A stretch of 27,934 nt of DNA from Prasinococcaceae sp. CCMP 1430 (Eukaryota > Plantae > Prasinodermophyta). The position numbers and the translations under genes are program-made. Below, piece by piece: positions 10,544 through 19,000 of the stretch (its first letter is position 1; each line of letters begins with the position of its first letter). The DNA lies in the NCBI GenBank assembly GCA_013416795.1, contig RQSC01000523.1, positions 144,084 to 172,017 of the forward strand. The letters run 5' to 3'. The notes below the pieces were generated by a model. It worked only from the letters and a program-made list of their open reading frames with translations. It had not been told where the DNA came from and made no database searches.

Positions 10544-10705
10544 GGGGAGTTGGGGGAATCGAACCCCCGGCCTCTCGCATTTACGCGCGCATTCGCGCGG
10601 AGTGGCCCCGAAGCGTTGGTCAAGAATACATTCGAATCCTTTAGAATCATACCACTAGACATCGTCAAAATCAAGGTAAACGCAAACCCTGATTCGCAAA
10701 CTCCC
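10544..10705 (-). tRNA. trnP-CGG: tRNA-Pro(CGG) with three introns; exons 10705-10697, 10660-10643, 10615-10607, 10579-10544
   Basis: Joined exons give a 72-nt cloverleaf: GGGAGTTTG|GTCTAGTGGTATGATTCT|CGCTTCGGG|TGCGAGAGGCCGGGGGTTCGATTCCCCCAACTCCCC. Acceptor stem GGGAGTT/AACTCCC, anticodon stem CTCGC/GCGAG, T-stem G5/C5 with TTCGATT loop, plant-type Pro D-arm. Confidence 0.92.
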
Positions 10706-11547
10706 AGTGGAAACCCCAAGTGGTGTTCGGCGGCCAAAATATTGGGCATATATTTCGGACAGGCGCGCGCGCCGCCGGCACTTCCACCTTTTCTCAGTTG
10801 GCTCCCAAAACGAATCCGAAACGCAAACGCGGGCTCGCTGCCGCGGACAAAAAAAAAGAAAAGAGCGGAGAATTGATCCCGACGTGGCGACCGGCGCCGC
10901 GTGGGATCCGGGGATCCCCGCTGCCGTGGATGGGGGGGATGGCAGGGTGGAAACCGAAAGATTCAATGGCGCGAGGTATTATCACGCGCGGGGATCAAAT
11001 GCGGCCCAGCGTCGGTGCAGATCCGGAAGCACTTGCAGCAATGCCAGCCACGAATTCGACCGCGCATTCACTCAACCCACGAAAGAAAGTCAGGTGCGCG
11101 TACGTCACATCGCCCACTTCGCCGCGGTATCAGATTCAAATTGCTGTGGTTCGGACCTTCATCATGGTGGTCCTGCATGCAAGCAAGGTACGGCGAGCGC
11201 CCGCTCCACCCGCGCTCCCTCCCGACGCGCAGCGCATCCTGTACTAGTCTCATCGCTTGGTATCGCGGTGCGTCTGGAGGTCAGGTCTGGCATCTGCTGC
11301 AGCGATTAAAAAGATTGCTCAGCTCGCATACGGAGCCGGGCGGAGCGCGCCGATGCTCCCGCTGTGGCGGGATGGGGAGGCGAGGGGGGGGGCGCGAGCG
11401 ACGCGGCGCGCCACAGCGTGTCGCCGGCGCGCGGCGTGCCTCCCTCGCGCGCGCGTGCGGCGGACCCCCTCGCCGCACGCTCGAGAGGACGGGGATACAC
11501 ACTACTGCGCACTGAGGGCGCGCGTGCACAGGCGCGCGCGCGCGAAG

Positions 11548-13321
11548 ATGTCGGCACCTCGCCCCGTGGATGGGACGAGCGCGAGCGTTGCGTGCGGCGC
11601 GCTCGCGGTGCGCTCAATCGCAGCAAGGACGATGCTTCTCGCGCTGGCAAGCGCGATGTTCCTCGCGGTCGCGGGGCTCTCCCAGCCACTCACCAAGTAC
11701 GCGGACACGTGGCTCGAGGAATTCAACAAGTACGCTGCCGAACGCGAGCCGAAGAACAAGGCTCTGCCGCCCGCCAGCGACGAGGCGGTCCGCGCCGTCA
11801 AGAACGCCGCGCGAGAGGCAGTCGCGCGAGGCGACCCCGACGCAGTCGTGTACTGGCTTCACCAGCGCAAGGCCGCGGGAGACCTCGTGGTCGGCTGCCA
11901 ACAAGAGGGCATCAAAGAGAGCACGCGCCGCTGCTCGAGGCGCTGGAGCATGCTCGCCAATACGAGCGCGCTGGCGGTGACCAACGAATGGATTGGCGTG
12001 CCGGCTGGCTGTTTGGGCATCATGCCACCGCCCCTCGATGATGTCGACCTTCGGGGCAGCCCAGCGTTGGCGCGACCGGGGGGCAAGCCGCTGAGCGTAC
12101 CCGCCGTCTTCATCGGGGTGGTGCGGCACCCACTCGAGCGCTGGCAGTCCGAGCTCTCGTACAGCTATGCGCCCGTCTTTGACATTGACCCGCTGGCCAG
12201 CCTCTTCCTCCCCCGAAGCGCCTTGGAGCTCTTGAACACGACAATCCCATTGAACCGTGACGGAACGAAGAATTGGAAGAACAAAGCATCAAGGTCGGTA
12301 CGGGCGCGTGCGTCCAACCTAGCCACCGTCGTCGCACTGACCGATGCGCCCGCATCCCACCCTCCCGCCCGCCCCCGTATCCTTTTGTCCTTCCATTCCC
12401 GCTCACGAATTCGTTGGCGCGTTCCCACACAGACGTGGCAGTATCCGGTGGGCATTTTGGAAGATGGGGATCGAAGGCAACGTGTCGCCCCGCGCCGACG
12501 CCACCGATGCGGAGATAACCGCCGGGGTGGACGCACTGCGCGTGTACATGCGCGGCGCGTGGCAGCGGCGCTTCGCCGACAAATGCATGCTGCACAACAC
12601 TCCACAAGCGCGTCGCATCGTAGACGGGCATTGGAATAACCAGCGCCCCACGCCCCTGCAGCTGGGCAGAGTGACCGCAACGACGTGTTACTTCGATAAT
12701 CTCATGGTGCGCCTCCTCGCGAGCAACGCGTGCAAGTGCCGCATGTACGACGCCGCTGCGCGCGCCAAGGCGGTGGCGCCCGACATGCGCATCCTCTTCA
12801 ACAGTGGCCTCCAGCTCGGCCCTCGAATCTACCCAAGTGCGGACGTGAGCGAAAAGCCCAGCCAGCCTGATGGTGAGAGGGAGCTCCTGCCGGAGGGCTT
12901 GGGCCCAACCAGAGTCGGTCACCGCACGGGCTGCGAGGTCGACTACGGCCAAGGGCAGCCGCCAAGAGCAGATGCGATCGGCTCTGGCATTATGCCAGTC
13001 ACGGAGAAAGACTACGAGCGTGCCAAGGAGGTCGTGCGCAGGTTTCACGCCCTGCTGCCAATGGAGAAGGTACACCGCGAGCCGACGTCCTTCGCAAGTA
13101 TATTGCGGGCGCTTGGGGGCCTGAACGTCTCCCACGACTGGTCGATGGGCGGCAACATGCACGCGACCATGACCACGTTGCGTGTCTTGGAGGTGCCCGG
13201 GGTTCGCGAGATCTTGGAGGAGGACAACAGGTGGGACATGAAACTGTATCGATACTTGCACGACGAGCTGTGGGAAGACTACAAGCGGCAGGCGAGCACG
13301 TCAGAGGCGCAGGGGCGGTAG
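11548..13321 (+). CDS. Golgi-type sulfotransferase-like protein; exons 11548-12293 and 12433-13321; 544 aa
   Basis: N-terminal TM; degenerate 5'-PSB motif WLHQRKAAG; 3'-PB motif VVRHPLERWQSELSY; C-terminal ILEEDNRWDMKLYRY. Phase-2 intron 12294-12432 (GTCGGT..ACAG, ACTGAC at 12336) joins the two ORFs in frame. Confidence 0.72.
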
Positions 13322-13766
13322 CGTCCGTCTGCCCAAGCCAGGTGCGCACCTGTTTGGCCACGATCCTGATAGTTGGTGACGCATCCACGAGCTAGCGCCG
13401 CACAGGCACAGCGAGATACTACTCGAGCAGCCAAGCACACAACAGCGGGCGCATCATCCATGAGCAGGCTCGGCGTTGACGGACAGCGCAGGTGCAGGCC
13501 TGCAGTAACATTTGATGGGTCCAATCATTTCATGTCAAAACTTACTGGATGGCGTATGCACATCGTTGCTTCGCTCTCGTCTCCTTGCCGGAGCACGCGC
13601 CACTCCAGCAAACGCGTGCGTCTGCGTCTTCATCTCACGTCGTCGTTCGCTCTTGCTTGCGCGCTGAAGGTTCCCGCCACGGACGAGCGTGGCCCTGCTG
13701 TATTTAGGAGTGCCTGCCTGGAAAAACTCCGGGGTTCGACTGCTAATGTGCGTGCCTCGCGCTGAC

Positions 13767-14342
13767 CTACGAAGCGCATCCCTGCGGTGTGTAGAAGCAG
13801 GGCGGATAGCCAGAGCACGTGTTGGGGCTGTTCAGACGGCCGGGGGTACAGGCTGCATGCGTGCGGATGTGCGAAGAAGCGGTGTCACGGTGTCAGTGCT
13901 CTGTATGCATGTTGCAGCATGCCCTGGACCCCACATGGCTTAGCCCATTCCAGCAGCGCGTTTAGCACGCTCACGTACCGCCGCAACACTTTTTTGGGCC
14001 GGCGCCAATGCAGATGGTGCCTGGCCACAAGCATGAGTCGGACGCGACGACCGAACGGTGCACCATCCCGCACACGCCGTCGACGCACTCGGCGTCCCCA
14101 CAAAAGGCGTTGTCAGTAGCGTTGGGGTCGAGGTTCATGACGCAGTCCTTCAGCATGCAGCAGTCCGCGGTCGTCGTGCAGGTCTCGTTCAAGCGCGCGC
14201 AGCTCCCGTTTGAGTCCCCGTCCTCCATCATGAGCGCTCGCGCGGCAAGAGCAGGAGCAGGCGCCGTGCACGCCACGACGAGCGCCGCCGCCACAGCGAC
14301 GAGAAGGGCGCCGCGGGGTCGCGCAACCAATGCAGCCGCCAT
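13767..14342 (-). CDS. Small secreted cysteine-rich protein with two knottin-like modules; exons 14342-13979 and 13852-13767; 149 aa
   Basis: Signal peptide followed by two C-x6-C-xn-CC modules. Intron 13978-13853 (GTACGT..GCAG, ACTGAC branch) restores KKCCG|ACTPGRLNSPNTCSGYPPCFYTPQGCAS*. Confidence 0.8.
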
Positions 14343-14811
14343 CGCGGACGCGCAGGGAGGAGGGGCGGCGCGCGCGGTCGCTGCGCTGGCTCTGGCGCGG
14401 CGGGTGCGAGTGAGCTCTGGCGCGCCCGGGGCATCCGCAAACGGTACGCACCAGTCGCGCCAGAGGCTGGTGCGCGTGGCGAAGCGTGGCCAGCGCGTGC
14501 GCAGGGCGCGGCGCGCATCGCGCCCCGCCCGGGCACGTGGCATTGTGTGCATGCCAATGGCAGATGCCTGCTTCTGCAACGTTGACAGTTAGACAACGCC
14601 CCGGACCATCAACAAACACCAGCAAATAACTGACCAAATCGGGCTGGTTTCGCCAAATCCAAGCCATCATGGTATCATTGATTTGTACTTGAAGTACGAT
14701 CCGTACAGGGTACGGACACACGTCGCCTCCCCAAGCCCTAAGAGGCCCGGGCCGCCGCGCCCGCGGGGTCGCCACAGCGCGCGCGGCTCGCGGAGCCAGG
14801 CGGGTGGCGCC

Positions 14812-16712
14812 ATGGCGGCGCTGGCCGCCGCACGCGCGCGCGACCGGCGGCGGCCGCGCGATCGGCGCGCAGGAGCGCCGCGCGCTGCGGGACGTTGCTC
14901 AAGGCGCGCGAGGACAACGGCTCCGGTCTGCCGCCGAGCACGCCGGCGATGAACGGGTTGTACTCGGCGGTGCTGGCGAGCCCCCTCGCCGCCGGCGCGT
15001 ATGCCGATCTGGCGCTGCCGCTCGGCGGGCAGTTTTACTTCCTCGCGCTTTCGTGCGCGGCCGTCTACCTCGGCGCGGAGCGCTCGGTGCGGCAGCCGCC
15101 CCCGCGCAGCCTGTCGTTCGAGCAGACGCTCGCGGCGCCGCTCCTGGCGTCGGCGTCGCTCTTCGGCTTCTACCTCGTGCTCCAGTACACCGACCTCGAC
15201 CTGCGCGCGTTCCTGCGAGCCTACTTTGGCCTCGTCGCGCTCGCGTGTGTGAGCGGCGCGCTCACCGAGCCCGCTCGCTCGCTCGCGCCGGGCGACCTCG
15301 GAGAGCCCGACCGTGTGGTGGACCTGCCGCGCTGGCTGCTGAAGGACGGCGAGGGCGAGCAGGTGAGCCTCGAGTATGCACCCAGCGACTTGGGCGCGCT
15401 CGCGCTCGCACTGGCCCTCGTGGCGTACTCGAGCGCGCACCCGTCGGACTGGGCGCTCGCCAACGTGGTGACGGTGTCCGTCGCAGCCGAGCTCATGTCG
15501 GTCATCTCGCTGGGCTCGTTCGGGGCGTCGGCCGCGCTGCTGGGCGGGCTGCTCATCTACGATGCCTTCTGGGTCTACGCGTCGCCTGCGGTTGTCGGTG
15601 CCAACGTCATGGTCACCGTCGCGACCTCAGAGCAGTTCAACGGTCCCACCAAGCTGCTCTTCCCCAGTGCGCATCCCGAAGTGATGCCGTTCTCCATCCT
15701 CGGCGCCGGCGACGTCGTCGTGCCCGGGCTCCTGCTCTGCCTGCTTCGGCGCTTCGACCAGAGCCGCGAAAACGCGGCGCGCGCGCGGCGGGAGGAGGAG
15801 CGGCGCGCGCGCGCGGCGGGGCGAAAGGGGGCTGGCGGCGGAGGCAGGCTCGCGGGCATCGCCGCTGCGTTCGGCTGGGGGCGCGAGGCGGAGGCCGAGG
15901 TCGAGGCCGAGGCCGAAAATGAGGACGAGGGAGAAGGCGGGGAGCCCAGCCTTTTCGCGGCAGGCCTCGCGGCGTATGCGGCCGGCGAGGTGATCACCGT
16001 CCTCGTCAACGTTACGACCGGCGCGCCTCAGCCTGCGCTCGTCTTCCTCGTGCCGTGCTGCCTGGGCACGGCGCTCGCTGCTGCCGCCGTCAGCGGCAGG
16101 ACGGTGCGTCGTGTCATTGCGCTGGCCTCGCTTTTCTGCGTGTGCGCTGGCTCTATTGGGGATGGGACAGGGTTGGGTGCGCGTGCGTGCGCTGGCGCGC
16201 CGCGCTGCCGCACGCCACGCCGCGCAGGTTGCGCGCCGGTGGCGGCGCGCCCGGCTGCCCCGGCGACGCACGCCGGGACGCGGCCGACCGCTCTCATTAA
16301 TCCCTGGGGGACTGGCGCAACGAGTGGCCCCCCCAGTTTCATAAGGAGCGAAGAACAGACCCGCGGGGCGCTCCGGGGGCTTCCCCCGGGGCAACGCCTC
16401 CTCACGGAGAGATTCGCTGACGGTACCACCCCGGCGGCGGCAGCACTTGTTGCCCCGCCGGACATCCTGTGGCACTATCTGATAGTACCTCTTCCGACAT
16501 CCGCATCGAGCGCCGTGTTTGCGCGGTCGCCTGCGCGGGCGCATGGGCTGGGGACGGGGGGGTGAAATGGGTTGCGTTCGGCCGCGCCGTCGTCGCTGAC
16601 CCGCGCACCGCCGCTGCTGGCGACTGCTGGACGACGCTTGCTGCCCTCGCGCCCGCAGGACGCGCTGCTGTCGTATCGCGATCCCACCGAGAGCGGTGAC
16701 GTCAGCGCCTGA
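14812..16712 (+). CDS. Signal peptide peptidase-like intramembrane aspartyl protease (A22B); last intron 16104-16658
   Basis: Catalytic LLIYDAFW, ILGAGDVVVPG and QPALVFLVP motifs. Last exon 16659-16712 encodes DALLSYRD...*. The ATG at 14812 is out of frame unless there is an indel in the (CG)n tract near 14835; the first in-frame ATG is 14949. Confidence 0.88.
16289..16502 (+). ncRNA. Intronic box H/ACA snoRNA guiding LSU rRNA pseudouridines (yeast-equivalent U2314 and U2349/U2351)
   Basis: Hairpin 1 (16289-16350) has pocket TTAATC / TTCAT. H box AGAACA at 16352-16357. The 3' hairpin is closed by CGGAGAG/CTCTTCCG with pocket TTCGCTG / GATAGTA. ACA at 16497-16499. Pockets complement conserved LSU AUGAA-U-G-GAUUAA and UACUAUCUAGCGAA at 14-16 nt spacing. 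Confidence 0.85.
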
Positions 16713-16814
16713 CCGACGACCACGCCGATCGCTTGTATCGTGTTTTATCATAATCTATATGCGACTATTCTTTTGTATAGTACAGTGTGTACACAGAGGG
16801 GTCACACGTCTCCG

Positions 16815-17548
16815 TTAGTGTGCCGTGGGCGTCTGCTTGCGCTTGACTGCCCCGCGCTCGACAGCGTCGGCGACGAGCAGCGCGGCCTTGGCGCTGTCCG
16901 CTGGCGGCGCGGGCACGCGGCCGTCGCCGCCGGCGACCGCATAGCCGCCTGCGTACATGCGCGCGAGCGCTCCGACCATGCGCAGGCAGTAGAGGCCGGC
17001 TGCCCACGCGAGGCCCAGGCCGACGACCATCAGCGCGCTCGCGACGTCGATGCAGCGCCGCAGGCCGCGCAGCGTGCCGTGCAGGCGGCCGAGCGCCTCC
17101 AGGCCCGCGTCGAGGCCACCGCCGCCACCGGGCGCAGCTGCACCAGGGATGGCGTCCGACATCGTGGCCGCACTCGCCGCCGCAAGCGAGGCGCCCGCCG
17201 TCGCATCTCCCTGCAGCAGGGCCTGCTCGCACACCGGCCGCAGCGTGCGGAGCGAGAAGAGCTGAGCAGCGCTGATGGCGACCAGGCCGAGCGCGAAGTA
17301 CACCTGGTAGCACCGCAGCGGGCCCGGCCGCCGCGCGAGCACGCCGTAGAGCCCCGCCACGCCGGCGAAGCTCTGAAGGCCGCCGAGCAACCAGCACCAC
17401 GCGGCCGCGCGCTCGAAGCGGCCGGGCGGGGTCGCGAGCTGTGCGGGCAGCGGCAGCGCGGCCGCGTCGGGGTTGGCGTTGGCGTCGGCCTGCGCCTCGG
17501 CGGCCACGAGCGCCGCGCGACACCGCCGCCGCCGCGGCGGGCGGGCAT
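16815..17548 (-). CDS. Small multi-pass membrane protein of unknown function (about 3 TM segments)
   Basis: ORF 17507-16815 has hydrophobic segments and GC3 bias. The good-context ATG at 17548 is out of frame by one base. Confidence 0.6.
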
Positions 17549-17986
17549 GGCGCGCGGCGTGTGCGCGCCCGAGCCCTCCACCCCCTCACAAAAAGCGACT
17601 CGCCGCCCACGCGCGTGAGCGGCGCCGATGGCGCGGCGCCGAGGCAGAGAGGCGGAGGCGGCGCGAGGGCGACGAGGTGGGCGAGGGGGCGGGCAAGGGT
17701 GCGCCCCCTTCCCCCGCTCGCGCCTGCTGTTGTGGGGCGCAACAGCCGAGGCAACCTCCCCCAAAAAATTCCCGCGCGCATTTTTGCATGCGCGCGGTAG
17801 GAGGGAGAAAACAGGGAGGAAGCGGGGGTGGGCGGGGAGGGGGGTGCCACAGCGCGCGCGGCGCGCGGCGCGGCGCGCACTCCTCGCGCTCCAAGGTCGG
17901 AGCTCGCCGGCCTCCCCACGTCGATGCCCCTCGCCGGGCTTTGCGCAGCGCAGCCGTAGCCGCGCCGGAAAACGCAACGGCCAGTC

Positions 17987-18772
17987 ATGCCGCGCCGACC
18001 GTTTGGCGCGTGCCGGCAGCGGCGCCTGGATGACCTCAAGAAAGTGGTCGTGCTGCCGACCATGCCCAACGCGGTCACCGACGAGGAGCTCGCCCGCATC
18101 GCGGCCTCGCTCGGCGATGCCGCGGCGGCGCCCGACGAAATCACCACGGAGCTACGGAAGCTGGCGTGCTATGGCGTGACGCTGAGCATGCTGACCCGCT
18201 TCAGCGACATGGTCAAGCGAGTCAAGGCGCTGCGCAAGCACGCGCACGCAGAGGTCGCCAGGCTCGCGAGCCGGCTCGTGCAGAAGTGGCGCGAAGAAAA
18301 CGGAGTCGGCGCCGGCAAGGCAACACAGCGCGGGCGCAGCGATCCCGTGGCGGCCGCGGCGCCGCCGTTCAGGAGAGCCGCCGCCGCTGCGAAGCTGCAG
18401 CTCAAGCCCACTGATATTGCGCTGCCGCCGCGCGACCGCATCGATGGCACGGCCACCACCGTCAGAGGCGGCGGCGCGCGAGCTCCACCGACGCCGCCTG
18501 TGGTAGCGCAGGCGCCTCCGAACGTCGAGCGGCGCCTCGTCGACCTGGCTGAGGCGCTGGGGCAACCGCAGTTGCCGGAGCGCGTTCGCACGCTCCTTCG
18601 TCAGACACAGTGGAGCATGCCACACGAGGAGGCGGTGCGCGCTGTGAGGGAGGACTCGAACGTTCGTAGCGCCATCCTCGGTGGGCTCGTGGGCGCCAGT
18701 GACCTCGCCACTGCGCGGAACGCCACACAACTCAGCCAAATGGCCAGCGACGCACTCAGCGCGTGCTGCTGA
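17987..18772 (+). CDS. TFIIS N-terminal (Med26/LW) domain protein
   Basis: LRKLACYGVTLSMLTRFSDMVKRVKALRKHAHAEVARLASRLVQKWRE fits the TFIIS N-terminal helical bundle pattern. Confidence 0.75.
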   Translation: MPRRPFGACRQRRLDDLKKVVVLPTMPNAVTDEELARIAASLGDAAAAPDEITTELRKLACYGVTLSMLTRFSDMVKRVKALRKHAHAEVARLASRLVQKWREENGVGAGKATQRGRSDPVAAAAPPFRRAAAAAKLQLKPTDIALPPRDRIDGTATTVRGGGARAPPTPPVVAQAPPNVERRLVDLAEALGQPQLPERVRTLLRQTQWSMPHEEAVRAVREDSNVRSAILGGLVGASDLATARNATQLSQMASDALSACC

Positions 18773-19000
18773 GGACGACTGCGCATCCTCTACTTCATCA
18801 TATTCCAGCCGTACAATGCCTGTTACATCATTGACCGACGACGACCGCGCCCCAGCCCTGCCCAACACAATACTGGCTGCTCGGGCGCTTGCATATGCGC
18901 ATGGCATGAAGCCCGTCACGAGACAAGCGGACGAGGCCTTTGTATTTTTCAGAAATGTACTTTTACTGCTACAGCACGAGTCACAGAGGCTTGCCTCCCT

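Noticed and set aside
10444-10700. Short direct repeats resembling a CRISPR-like array
   Set aside because: Explained by the tRNA gene and its partial duplicate; eukaryotic context and no cas genes.
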